Assembly (NCBI GenBank): GCA_963840855.1
Contig: CAWJBB010000034.1
Span: 72,340-136,339 of the forward strand
DNA length: 64,000 bases
Direction of reading: 5' to 3'
DNA from: an uncultured delta proteobacterium
GTDB taxonomy: Bacteria > Desulfobacterota > Binatia > UBA9968
This document shows, piece by piece, positions 38,888-49,161 of the stretch. Under the pieces are notes generated by a model. It worked only from the letters and a program-made list of their open reading frames with translations, ran no database searches and was not told the origin of the DNA. A program made the position numbers and the translations under genes. Within the stretch, counting starts at the first letter, position 1, and each line of letters begins with the position of its first letter.

Positions 38888-41146
38888 ATGGAGAACAAAA
38901 TGAAAGCGAAGAAACTCGCGATTGACCCCATACGTTACGAGATGTACCTGCATCGTTTATGGGCCATCGGCGAAGAGGGACGTATGACGCTGCAGCGCGT
39001 CACCGCATCGCCCATCGTCTCTCAGGGCGGCGAGTGCATGAGCTCATTCTACGATGCCAAAGGCACCATGGTGCTCGCCTGCTCGGGCCACTTGCGCTTC
39101 GCCGCCGCGACCTCGGACGCCATCAAGAGCCTGTTTCAGCGATTTGCCAAGACCCCCGGCTTTTTTGACGGCGATCAGTATTTCTTCAACGATCCCTATG
39201 TCGCCGGCTCGCACACCTACGACATGATGATCATCAAGCCGATCTTCTACAAAGGCGAGCTGATCGCCTGGACGGCGACGAGCACGCACACGGCGGACAC
39301 CGGCGGACTCTTGCGCGGCGGCGCCTACGAAATTTTTCACGAAGGCATCTGCGTGCCGGGACTCAAAATCGTCGAAAAGAGCGAGTTTCGCGAGGATGTG
39401 TTTCAGACGCTCACCGGCATGTGCCGCGACCCGCAGTACGTCGGCCTGGATGTCAAAGCGATGATCGCGGGCAACAACATTTGCGCCAAGCGCTACCTCG
39501 GCCTCGTCGATAAGTTCGGCCTCAAGTTCGTGCAGCTCGCCGGCGAAAAAATGATCGAGGACTCCGAGGCCAAGGCGCGCGCCAAGCTCAAATCGATGCC
39601 CGACGGCACCTGGGTAACGCGCCAGTACATCACGACACTGGACCGCAAGACCCGCAAATCCGTGGCGCAACAGCTTTACTGCACGATGACCAAGAAGAGC
39701 GACGAGCTACATTTCGATTTCACCGGCACGAGCCCCCAGACCGACACGGACCATAACTCGACGCTGCCGAGTACGATCGCCCACCTGGCTCTCGCCTTGA
39801 CCAACGCGCTTTTTTGGGACGTGCCCTGGAGCGATGGCAAGATGCGGCCGGTGAAAATCCACGTGCCTGAAGGGACGATATTGAACTGCAAGTATCCCGC
39901 CGCCTGCGGCGCCGGCCCGCGCATCGGCAACGTGCTGGTATCCACGGTGTGCGAAGCCGTGGCGAAAATGATCTATGCTTCGGGGCGCTACGACGACGTG
40001 AATTGCTCAACCACGGGAAATTTGGAATTCGTCGGCGGGCCCGGCTATTTTTACGGCGGCCACACCCGCGAAGGCATCGCCGTTGCTCAGGGTCTCTACG
40101 ATATCCACGGCGCGGGCATGGGCGCGGCGCCCAACCGCGACGGCGTCAACACCGGCGGCCACATGAACATTCCCTCCGCCGGCATCAGTGACATCGAGCG
40201 CATCGAAATGCAGTACCCGTTCCTCTATTTCAACCGGGCGCACAATCCCGACGGCAGCGGCTTTGGCCAGCACCGGGGCGGACTGGGCAGCTATCGCATT
40301 TATTTGATTTACGGCTCGCAGGATTGCAGCGTCGACTACAAACCTTACGGCGGCGTTGCCCAGGGCGGCTTCGGTCTCTGCGGCGGTTATCCGACGGGCA
40401 TCGGCGCGACCCGCGTCATGATCGAAGCGGGTTTAGCCATGCTCGACAGAGTCAGGGCCGGCGAGCATCCCACCGGCCGGGCCATGCGCGCGGGGGAATG
40501 GGGCAAGGCTTTTCTTCCCGCCGGTGTGCCGGAGCGAATCCCGCTCCCGGAAGGAAGCCTGCTGGTGGACTACGTGGCCGGCGGCGGCGGATTCGGCGAT
40601 CCCATCGATCGCGACCCCCAAGCCGTGCTCAAAGATTTTGGCCGCGGCTGGGTGAGCCGCGAAAGCGCGGAGCGGATCTACGGGGTGATTTTAGACGACG
40701 GCGCAACCGCCGTGGACCTTGCCGCCACCGAGGCGCTGAGGAGCGCAATGCGCAATGCGCGCAAGAGCGGCGCAACGCCGGTATCGGGAAAAACGAGCGG
40801 CGTCTCCGCCCCGGCCCACGACGGCTGGCACCAACTCCTGCGCTTTCACGCCGCCCTGGAGATCTGCTCCGATGGGCGGCGAAAAGTCATCCGTTGCGGC
40901 CGCTGCGGCCATTTTTATTGCGACGCCAGGGAAAATTATAAGCTGTATGCGCTCCATCGCGTGACGCATCTGAGCGAAGTGATGCCTCCTTTGCCCACCG
41001 GTGAACCGTACATCGGCGAGTATCATATCTACGCCTGTCCCGGCTGCGCCACGCAGCTGCAAGTGGATATGTTCAGCCCGACCCTGGGCGGCGAGGCCGT
41101 GCTTTGGGATACGCGCATCGACGCCGACAAGCTGAAAACCCACTGA
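38888..41146 (+). CDS. Hydantoinase B/oxoprolinase subunit fused to a C-terminal acetone-carboxylase gamma-like Zn domain
   Basis: NDPY..GSH..D, HTADTGG, EG, DFTGTSPQ, E.QYP, G.HRGG.G, GGGGFGDP; tail has CGRCGH..CDARENYK and YACPGCATQLQVD. Confidence 0.9.
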   Translation: MENKMKAKKLAIDPIRYEMYLHRLWAIGEEGRMTLQRVTASPIVSQGGECMSSFYDAKGTMVLACSGHLRFAAATSDAIKSLFQRFAKTPGFFDGDQYFFNDPYVAGSHTYDMMIIKPIFYKGELIAWTATSTHTADTGGLLRGGAYEIFHEGICVPGLKIVEKSEFREDVFQTLTGMCRDPQYVGLDVKAMIAGNNICAKRYLGLVDKFGLKFVQLAGEKMIEDSEAKARAKLKSMPDGTWVTRQYITTLDRKTRKSVAQQLYCTMTKKSDELHFDFTGTSPQTDTDHNSTLPSTIAHLALALTNALFWDVPWSDGKMRPVKIHVPEGTILNCKYPAACGAGPRIGNVLVSTVCEAVAKMIYASGRYDDVNCSTTGNLEFVGGPGYFYGGHTREGIAVAQGLYDIHGAGMGAAPNRDGVNTGGHMNIPSAGISDIERIEMQYPFLYFNRAHNPDGSGFGQHRGGLGSYRIYLIYGSQDCSVDYKPYGGVAQGGFGLCGGYPTGIGATRVMIEAGLAMLDRVRAGEHPTGRAMRAGEWGKAFLPAGVPERIPLPEGSLLVDYVAGGGGFGDPIDRDPQAVLKDFGRGWVSRESAERIYGVILDDGATAVDLAATEALRSAMRNARKSGATPVSGKTSGVSAPAHDGWHQLLRFHAALEICSDGRRKVIRCGRCGHFYCDARENYKLYALHRVTHLSEVMPPLPTGEPYIGEYHIYACPGCATQLQVDMFSPTLGGEAVLWDTRIDADKLKTH

Positions 41147-41185
41147 TCACCAACTAGTAAACTGTAACAGCTACATAGCGTTTGC

Positions 41186-41255
41186 CGTTCATGGTTCGAG
41201 AGCCTCACCACGAACGGCTTGTGCCTTGACCGTTCACCCTGAGCTTGTCGAAGGG
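41186..41255. repeat. REP-like doublet, same family as 9399-9488
   Basis: ccgttcatggttcgagagcctcaccacgaacgg ... ccgttcaccctgagcttgtcgaaggg. Confidence 0.75.
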
Positions 41256-41437
41256 TTCTTCGAACTTCGACGCGGAACCGTTACAGTTCACTGGTTTTTG
41301 AGAAATGGAGCCGCGGATACTTTCGAGTCGGAGCTTGGCGAAATAGACCAGGGTCTGGAGTCTACAGTCTCGCGGATCTCGTGTTCTCGGACTGTTAACC
41401 CGAGACTCTAGACCCAAGACCCTAGACAACCGCAATC

Positions 41438-42421
41438 TTACGAGCCCAGTTTCCTAAAGAACCCTTCCTTCTCCAACTCGTCCAACAACGAGTGATCGAC
41501 GAACTCTTCCGGTTTGCGGTTCTTGAAATCGGCGTTTTGCTCGGCATAGAAATTCAGCGTGTCGCGCACGCCGCTTAAATTCACCCGCGGCGGCAGCGAA
41601 AATCGCGGCGCGAAGTATTCATAGGTGGATTTCACCGTTTCCGGATCATCGACCCGCATCCGATGAGCGAACACTTTCATGGTTCGTTCGCGGTCGGTTT
41701 TAATCACGTGAATGGATTCGCCGTAGGCGCGCAGAAATCGCTTCACCCGGTCGCGGTGTTCCTTGAGCGCGCTGCCTTTTACATATAACGAGGATTGCGT
41801 GAAATTCGCGCTCATCTCGCCCATGTCCGCCAGCACCCGGTAGCCCGCCTTCATCGCCATGGTCAGATGTGGCGGCGAAAGAATCGTCGCATCCATGCGT
41901 CCCGTCATGAGCGCGCCCAATCGAGTCGGCGCGTCGCCGCCGATAACCACTTGGACATCGGTTAACCTCATGCCCCACTCTTTCAAGGCCAATTGCAGCG
42001 CGAGATCGTTGGAGCCGCCGTAATTGAGGATATTGACGCGTTTGCCGCGCAGATCGTTGGGGTTGCGGATCTCGGGTTTCACGACGAAAGCATAAGGGAA
42101 CTTGTTGTATGAAGCGGCAATGACCTTCACGTCCGATCCCCTGACAGCGGCGGCCAACGGACCGGTCGCGGAACCGGTGGAGAAATGCGTGCTGTTTCCC
42201 AACAGCGCCGCGACGGATCGGGCAGCTCCCGTGATCATGATGATTTCCACGTCCAACCCATGCTTTTCAAATATCTTCAAATCCTTTCCCACCCATGTGG
42301 TACTCTGAAACCCCGCATGGCCGCCGTAGTCGGCGATGAGCTTTTCCGCCGCGTAAAGCGGCCCGCCCAAAAAAACCAGGATTGAAAATAATGCCAGGTT
42401 TCCGATCTCGCGTCGCTTCAT
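41438..42421 (-). CDS. NitT/TauT family substrate-binding protein
   Basis: IFEKHGLDVE, DLRGK, LSPP, FVD.SLLDELEKEGF. Confidence 0.88.
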   Translation of the reverse strand: MKRREIGNLALFSILVFLGGPLYAAEKLIADYGGHAGFQSTTWVGKDLKIFEKHGLDVEIIMITGAARSVAALLGNSTHFSTGSATGPLAAAVRGSDVKVIAASYNKFPYAFVVKPEIRNPNDLRGKRVNILNYGGSNDLALQLALKEWGMRLTDVQVVIGGDAPTRLGALMTGRMDATILSPPHLTMAMKAGYRVLADMGEMSANFTQSSLYVKGSALKEHRDRVKRFLRAYGESIHVIKTDRERTMKVFAHRMRVDDPETVKSTYEYFAPRFSLPPRVNLSGVRDTLNFYAEQNADFKNRKPEEFVDHSLLDELEKEGFFRKLGS

Positions 42422-42576
42422 TACTCCTCCCTCTGACGCGCGATCTTATGGGTTTGCAATTTTTGGGTCAAGGCAGTTACTGAGCCAAGCCGAAGAAGAC
42501 GCAATCGAAAAATTACATTCTCTATGTCCGATCCCCAATCTAAAATCCAAAATCGAAAATTCAAAATAACAGACTA

Positions 42577-43554
42577 CTAGCGCATCGCCTCATCTACCAA
42601 ACTGTTGTCGAACGATTGCCTTACGTCGGCCCCCTTGGCCTTGGGATGTTCGACGAACTTCAGCGCATTTGCCATCGCCTTCTCGATGACCCTGAGCGAT
42701 GGAGGAAAAGCGTCCTTGTAGTATTCGAAACTGCCTTGCAAGGATGCGTCGTCGTCGACTCGGGTAAATTTTTTAAGCGCTTTCTTGGTCACCGTCGCGT
42801 TCTCTCTGGAAAGCACCAATCCTTCGTGGAGCGCGCGTAAAAAATCCACCGCGACCCTGCGGTTCTTGGCATCCTTGAGCCATGACTCCCGCGCCGCGAT
42901 GACAGCGGTGGGAAAGAGGCCATATTCGGTCTGAGAAGGTCGGAAGAGCAAGTTAAAGCCCGCGTTTTTGGCATGGAGGCCAAAAGGATAACCGATCATG
43001 CAGACGTCCACCCGGCCGCCGACTAGAGCTGCGTAGGACTCGCCGACGCCGCCGTTTTGGATAAAGGTAACCTCGCCGGGTTTGACCCCACCCGCCTCCA
43101 ACATGGAAAGCGCCGAGAAATAACTCGACGCGCCAAAACGGGTCACGCCGACCCTCTTGCCCCTGAGATCGCCGATAGACTTGATTTCAGGCTTGGCCCA
43201 TCCGTCGATAGTTAAAACCGGCAACGGCGACGCGATCGCCACCAGATCACTCCCACTGAGCCGACTCGAGATGATCGCTCCCCCGCCCGTGTAGCCGATG
43301 GGGAATTCGCCGGCGAGGATCGCCGCATTGATCAGCGGCGAGCCCCCCATGAAAATGCCAGCCACGTCGTAGCCGTATTTTTGAAAAATCTTTTCTTCCA
43401 CGGCTATAAAGAATGGCAGCGCTGCGCCGGAAATCGGCGTGTAGCCGACCGTCAGCTTTTGTAATTCTTTCTGCGCCGCCTCCACGCCGACGCCTGCAAA
43501 GGATGAGACCATCAGCATAATCGCAATCCACCTGCCTGAAGTTTTCATGTTCAT
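42577..43554 (-). CDS. NitT/TauT family substrate-binding protein
   Basis: IFQKYG, DLRGKRVGVTRFGASS, signal peptide. Confidence 0.88.
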   Translation of the reverse strand: MNMKTSGRWIAIMLMVSSFAGVGVEAAQKELQKLTVGYTPISGAALPFFIAVEEKIFQKYGYDVAGIFMGGSPLINAAILAGEFPIGYTGGGAIISSRLSGSDLVAIASPLPVLTIDGWAKPEIKSIGDLRGKRVGVTRFGASSYFSALSMLEAGGVKPGEVTFIQNGGVGESYAALVGGRVDVCMIGYPFGLHAKNAGFNLLFRPSQTEYGLFPTAVIAARESWLKDAKNRRVAVDFLRALHEGLVLSRENATVTKKALKKFTRVDDDASLQGSFEYYKDAFPPSLRVIEKAMANALKFVEHPKAKGADVRQSFDNSLVDEAMR

Positions 43555-43654
43555 GGCATGACTCCTGCCCGCGATTTTAAGAATCTTACATTCCGAAGTC
43601 TGAGAACTCGTCTCTCAGAAACTATGCTCTTAACTGAAACTACAAATCTTGTTA

Positions 43655-43840
43655 TCGCACCAAGTCTGTCCTGAGCCCTTCGGCTTCGCTCAGGATAAAC
43701 TCCGTCGAGGGGACGCCACGCTCGCAAAGAAAGACGTTGTCATTTCGACTAACGGGAGAAATCTTTCCTGGCTCCCTCGCATTCGCTCAAGATGACGGGC
43801 TTCTGCCCCTGACCTTTGCGCCTTTGCGTCTTTGCGCGAG
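43655..43840. repeat. Composite nested repeat: 8-mer paired element containing two REP-like palindromes
   Basis: tcgcaccaag[tctgtcctgagc...gtcgagggg]acgccacgctcgcaaag ... gtcatttcgac..gagaaatctt..agatgacggg ... ctttgcgcctttgcgtctttgcgcgag; inverted relative at 52968-53121. Confidence 0.65.
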
Positions 43841-43945
43841 TCATCTTTTCGGGTTCCGTAAGGCAAATACACGAAAATTCCAAATATGTCTGACTAGATT
43901 TTGGATTTTCGATTGTCGGATCGCAAATCAAAGCCGCAATTGCGT

Positions 43946-45015
43946 TTAGTTTTTCCAGAGCTGCTTGAAAAAACCGCTTTGTTCGATTTCTTGAAGCAGT
44001 GAAAGATCGACGAAACTCTCCGGCGCCGCCTTCCTTGCCTGGGGCTGCTTTTCAGCCATGCCATCCAAGATAAACTGTATGCCCTTGAGCGTCGGGTACG
44101 GGATTTTTTGCAGTCTTTCCGAGTAAAAAGCATAGGCGTCGTCCAATAGCTCTTTTTCATCCACTCTCAAATACTTTTTCATCACCTAATGGAGAAGTCC
44201 CGGTCCGTCACAAAACGGTGCAGACCTTCCGCGTAGGCTTGGACAAAAGACTTTACAATAGGCCGCCGCTCGCGCAAGTATTTAGTAGTAACCGTAAGAC
44301 AAGTCTGCTGCAGCTCCACGCCGAGCGTGTTCAGATCAAAAAGCTCTCTCATGCCGAGCCGTCTGGCCCGACTCGTTTGGGGAGGATTGGCAAACCCTGC
44401 CTGGACGGCCCCTCTTTCCAACGCTGTGATAATCTCCGGCAGGCCGCCCAACTGAATGATGGCGACGTCCGTGCCGCGCTTGAGACCGAAGCGCTCAAGA
44501 AAAATCGCCACGGCGGTTTCGCTCAACGCGCCGAATCGTGATATCCCTAGTTTTTTTCCTTTGAGATCTTCCGGCGTCTTAATTTCCGGCCGGGCGTAAA
44601 TCGAGCCAGCAAGCTTATCCTGCACGCTGGCTATGATTCTCACGTCTGCCCCCGCTAAAATAGCCCCGGCAGTAGAAACCCCGGTAACTTGAGCCAGCTG
44701 AATTTCACCCGCGATCAGCGCCTGGGTGGCTGCGACTGCAGGAATATAAATGAGCTCCGCCTCTATACCGTATTTTGAGAGGTAACCGCCCTCCTTTGCC
44801 ATCCAAGGAGCCGCCTGACCTGCCGTCAGAGCTGCGTAGCCTAACTTGATGGGTTGAGCAAAAGCCCTTGCGCCCAAACCGATCAAGCCCAATGCCAGCG
44901 CCACGATGAAAGATTTACGGACAAATAGCCGGCTTTGTCTCCAATCAGAAATTCGATCTTCGAGCAACGTTTGCGGGTGATCATAAAAGTTCATTTCAAG
45001 ATCCTCCTCTGTCAC
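43946..45015 (-). CDS. NitT/TauT family substrate-binding protein, 1-nt frameshift near 44185
   Basis: 277-aa ORF (KYGIEAE, DLKGKKLGISRFG) continues in another frame as MKKYLRV...FVDLSLLQEIEQSGF. Confidence 0.8.
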
Positions 45016-45038
45016 ATTGCTTCACATTTGTCTGAGCT

Positions 45039-46007
45039 TCACCGCCATTGAATCCCCATTTCTTGCTGCGCTTCTCTGAGAATCGAGAGATCCGCAACTT
45101 CGCTAAGGGAAACTTCACGGTCCACCTTGGCAGTCCGCTTAGCCTCGCTAATCAATAGTCGAAGCCCATCTTCGGGTAGACCTAAATCATCGCTAAAGGA
45201 CTTTAAGGAGCTATCATACGTTGCCGTGGCCATCTCTTTATCGATCTTCAGCCACTCCACCATGACCGGAAGCGTGCCGTCACGATTTTCACGGATATAG
45301 CGGTTGGCCTTGATGCCTGCCTTGATGACTCGCTTAACTTCATCCGGCCTTTCTTTAATCTTCCTCGCACTTGCGATCAGGCCGCTAACGGGGAAACTGA
45401 ACAGTTCGTGGGCTCGCGCGAGAACAACGAACCCTAACTTCTTGCCAAGAAAGTCGGTCGGCGGCGAGCCCAAAGTGGCTACAGTCAATCCTTGCGTCAT
45501 GGCGCCAAATCGGGAGTCGATAGGCCCAGTAGCAAGAAACTTGACCTCCTTGTCCGGATCAAGACCGAAATGCTTGAATATCAACCTGGCCATCGCCTCA
45601 AGAGCGCCGCCGTAGGCGTTGACGCCAATGGTTTTACCCTTTATTTCCGGCACGGACTTTATTTCTGGCCGTGCGATTAGCGCGGTGGGAGCAACCGGCA
45701 CGTAAGCGGCCACGAGTTTGACCGGCACTCCCCGAATCGCACCGGCAACCCCAGGGCCAAGCACAGTATAATAATCGATTTCGCCGCCAACCAACGCCTG
45801 CAATGCAATGGCCGGATTAATCCTGATAAACTCCGCCTGAATTCCTTGTTCCTGAAAAAAGCCTTTCTTCTCTCCGACGGCAAGAGGGACGAATGGCGCG
45901 GCGAGGTCTGGAAACCCAATCCTAATTTTGTCTGCCGCATGAGTCGCGGCAGACAGAAAAAGAATAGCGAGCAAAGCCGAAACGTAACCCTTGTTGATCA
46001 GCTTCAT
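45039..46007 (-). CDS. NitT/TauT family substrate-binding protein
   Basis: KGFFQEQG, GLDPDKEV, SPP, VAD.SILREAQ.E; closely similar in motifs to 9517-10536. Confidence 0.88.
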   Translation of the reverse strand: MKLINKGYVSALLAILFLSAATHAADKIRIGFPDLAAPFVPLAVGEKKGFFQEQGIQAEFIRINPAIALQALVGGEIDYYTVLGPGVAGAIRGVPVKLVAAYVPVAPTALIARPEIKSVPEIKGKTIGVNAYGGALEAMARLIFKHFGLDPDKEVKFLATGPIDSRFGAMTQGLTVATLGSPPTDFLGKKLGFVVLARAHELFSFPVSGLIASARKIKERPDEVKRVIKAGIKANRYIRENRDGTLPVMVEWLKIDKEMATATYDSSLKSFSDDLGLPEDGLRLLISEAKRTAKVDREVSLSEVADLSILREAQQEMGIQWR

Positions 46008-46045
46008 AGACGCTTCCGACTTTCTGCGTTCGTCTGTCGGGTCTC

Positions 46046-46082
46046 AAAAAAGAAAGCCCGGCTGGGCGATCCAGTCCGGGCT
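46046..46082 (-). terminator. Intrinsic terminator located in the 5' leader of the SBP run
   Basis: Minus strand agcccggactgg-atcgc-ccagccgggct followed by ttctttttt, ~40 nt before ATG 46007. Confidence 0.75.
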
Positions 46083-46415
46083 CATGTAGCGCAATTCACG
46101 GGTCCGACCAGATCTAGAGACCCAGTCTCAACGCAAGCGGCTAAGTGGAGGCGTCTTAGTATAGATGACGCACAGCTGTCAATAGCTTTTTGAGGGGCAA
46201 ATGAGAATTTACCTGGGCGACGTTATCAACCAATTCTGCGAGCCGCTCTTTGCTGTTCTGGACAATCGGCTCGCCATTTTCGTCTGCGGGGCCGCTTTTC
46301 GATTGCCGTACGCGTGTGGGAGCCGACCTGCGTGTCGGCCCTTCGAATGGGCGGACACCCTGCGACGTTGCTCAGGGCAGGCGCCGGTCCGCCCCTACCA
46401 TTGCAATTGCCTTGT

Positions 46416-47410
46416 TCACCGAATGATTTTGGTCGCCCGGGCGAGCATCTCCGGCGGGATCGTCAAGCCAATCTGCTTTGCCGTCTTGAGATTGATCACG
46501 AAGTCAAACTTAGTCGGCTGCTCGACCGGCAGCTCAGCAGGCTTAGCTCCTTTAAGAATTCTGTCTACGTAATATGCGACGCGCCGGTAGCTGTCCGCGA
46601 AGTCCGCGCCGTAGGACATGAGGCCACCAGCCTCTACATTTTCTCTGCTGGATACACCGACGGTAGCCGGCTCTTTAACGCAAAGCCCGCGATCCGTTTT
46701 TGGTTAGGACGCATTACCCCGCCCGCGCCGAGCGAGTAGAGTCCATCCGGGCGCTGCTTGTTTAGCGCAGCAAAGACCTTATCGAAGTCGTCCACCGCTC
46801 GTATCTCCCAAGGTTGAATAGTCAACTTTAGCGCACGCGCGTCGGCTGGGAGAAGCTCTTTCACCTCGTGTAAACTGGTCCGACTGGCCGGATCGTAGAG
46901 AACCGCGACACGGGCAAGTTTGGGAACGGCTTCTTTGAGCAGCTCCAGCCGCTTCCCGCCTAGTTCTCTGCTAAGGTTTGTAACGCCGGTTACATTGCCG
47001 CCGGGACGAGCAAGGCTTTCAACATGGCCTGCCCTAACAGGATCGGATCCTTGGCCCGTCATAACGATGGGAATCGTCTTGGTTGCATTCTTGGCCGCCT
47101 GGATCGTCGGGTCCCCTGCCGCTGCCACGATGATATCAACCTTCAGACGCACCAGCTCGGCCGCAAGCCCAGACTCCCGATCGGGCCTCCCCTCCGCATA
47201 TCGGTACTCGATGGCGATGTTCTGTCCTTCTATGTAGCCAAGCTCGCGCAGAGCTAGCCGAATTCCCTCGGCGCGGGCGGAGTCACTAGCTGGATCGACC
47301 GGCGATAGATACCCTAACCGGGGGACTTTCTTCGGCTGCTGCGCCTCGGCGGGCAAGCAAAGCGCAAAGAGCATGGCGCAAAACGCAAGACGGATAACGT
47401 TCTTTCTCAT
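46416..47410 (-). CDS. COG2984/ABC_sub_bind family substrate-binding protein, frameshift near 46650
   Basis: [60 protein letters not shown]. Confidence 0.82.
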
Positions 47411-47515
47411 AAGTTTGCTCCCAGCTACCCGTTTACAGGCCACCTACAGACGCCTTGTCTGGCAACAACAAAGGACCTATAGTGAATAGCGGCCAAAAAC
47501 CAAAGGGAAAACATT

Positions 47516-47758
47516 ATGGATAAGGACGATCTCTGGATTGTCGAACACTTCAGCGAGCTGGTTACCAAATATGCTGGCAAATTCGTAGCAGTCGTGAATG
47601 AGACGCTAGTGGCTGTTGGGGACACGCGTCGAGACGTGGAAACTAAAGCACGCGAGGTCGAACCCAATAAAATCCCGTCCGTGCTCAGGGTGCCAAGAGA
47701 AGAGGATATGGTGTGCCTGTTATCGAGTTCCCATACACGCTCCACAAAGGCTACCTGA
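47516..47758 (+). CDS. DUF5678-like small protein
   Basis: W..EHF.EL..KYAGKFVAV pattern; overlaps the downstream aspartyl protease gene. Confidence 0.7.
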   Translation: MDKDDLWIVEHFSELVTKYAGKFVAVVNETLVAVGDTRRDVETKAREVEPNKIPSVLRVPREEDMVCLLSSSHTRSTKAT

Positions 47759-48111
47759 TGCCAATTATCCCGATCGCGATCCAGGATCATAAAGTATGGG
47801 TTTACGTCGATTCGGGAGCAACGTTCAGCATGGTCGGCGCGGCAGAAGCCGAAGATATGGGGATCAACTGGCAAGGCGGCAAACGTCAGATGGTTGTCGT
47901 TGGCGACGGGAGCTACATTCCGACTTTCATTCACGACGTTTCTATCCAGCTCGGGAAATTTCAAATAACCGTTCCTATTGGTTTTTCGGAGCGCCTAGGA
48001 GTTGGTTTCAACCTTCTCGGCCGCATGGGAGTGTTCAACCAATTTGAGGTTTGCTTCAACGATCGGGCCCGCAAGGTGACCTTTCAACCACTTTTGCCTG
48101 ACGCGGTCTGA
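47713..48111 (+). CDS. Retropepsin-like single-domain aspartyl protease
   Basis: VDSGATFS catalytic motif and NLLGR.GVF..F.VCF. Confidence 0.82.
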   Translation: MPVIEFPYTLHKGYLMPIIPIAIQDHKVWVYVDSGATFSMVGAAEAEDMGINWQGGKRQMVVVGDGSYIPTFIHDVSIQLGKFQITVPIGFSERLGVGFNLLGRMGVFNQFEVCFNDRARKVTFQPLLPDAV

Positions 48112-48146
48112 ATTCGTCAATTTATAGTTCATAATCGCTTCCCGCC

Positions 48147-49132
48147 TCACCGAATCACCCGGTCCGCCCGCGCGAGCAGGTCGGGCGGAATCGTCAGTCC
48201 AATCTGCTTCGCTGCCTTCAAGTTGATCACAAACTCAAACTTCGTTGCCTGCTGCACCGGCAAATCAGCCGGCTTGGCACCTTTCAAGATCTTGTCCACG
48301 TAAACAGCCGCGCGCCGGATAGAGGTCATCGAAGTCCGCGCCGTAGGACATGAGACCGCCCTCATCGACAAACTCCTTCTGGTAGTAAATAGCCGGCAAC
48401 CGGTACTTGACGGCAAGCTCGACGATCCGCTTTCTTTCGGCGAAAAAGGTGGTAGCGGCGGTCGTCATAATTGCGCCCACCTGCTTCTGCTTGGCGGTCT
48501 GAAAGGCGCTCTCTAAACCTTTGGCGTCGCGTTGAGTCTCGATCTCCTCCAATTTTAGCTTCAGTGCCAAAGCCGCGGGCCTCAGGTCTTTGAGTTGGAC
48601 GGTCTGATGCCTCCCGCCGGCCGCAGAAGTCCAACGCGGGCGAGCTTGGGGACCGCGTCCTTAAGTACTTCTAGCCTTTTTGTATTTAGCTCGGGGGCCT
48701 AAACTCGGAGTTCCCCGTGACATTGCCTCCCGGCCGCGCCAGACTGGCAATCAGACCGGCAGCCACGGGGTCTCCTGAGATCGCCATAACGATGGGGACG
48801 GTAGTAGTGGCTCTCTTGGCGACCAACGCCGATACGTTCCCTGCGACCACGATTAGATCAACCTTAAGACGGACCAGGTCCGCCGCAAGCTCAGGCAGGC
48901 GCTCAGGCTTTTGCTCGGCAAACCGGTACTCGATGGTGATATTCTTTCCCTCGATCCAGCCAAGCTTGCTCAGCTCTTGCCGGAATGCCTCCACGAGGAC
49001 CGCCATGCCGGAAGCGGTACTTGAATCCAGGAAACCGATGCGGAAGATTTTCCGTGTCTGCTGCGCGTTGGCGGGAAAACTATGCGCCAAGAGCAGAGCG
49101 GCTAGAGCAAACCCAAGAACTCTTTTAGTCAT
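48147..49132 (-). pseudogene. COG2984 SBP paralogue with at least 3 frameshifts (~48320, ~48610, ~48700)
   Basis: Family motifs distributed over three frames; close paralogue of 51160-52137. Confidence 0.78.
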
Positions 49133-49161
49133 ATTCCGTCTCACGCCACACGACTCACGCC

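Noticed and set aside
36637-41146. Assignment as genuine acetone carboxylase (acxABC)
   Set aside because: Only family-level similarity is visible; architecture and N-terminal motif differ, so the substrate is not assignable.
46085-46135. Purine riboswitch (GUCUCUA ... CCGUGAAU ... CUACAUGAG-like words on the minus strand)
   Set aside because: P2/P3 stems and loop-loop spacing do not fit; kept only as an unclassified leader candidate.
46201-46739. Plus-strand ORFs (GGIVKPICFAVLRLITKSNLVGCSTG...) antisense to COG2984 3' ends
   Set aside because: The recurrent antisense peptide simply mirrors conservation of the sense gene; no RBS or independent evidence.
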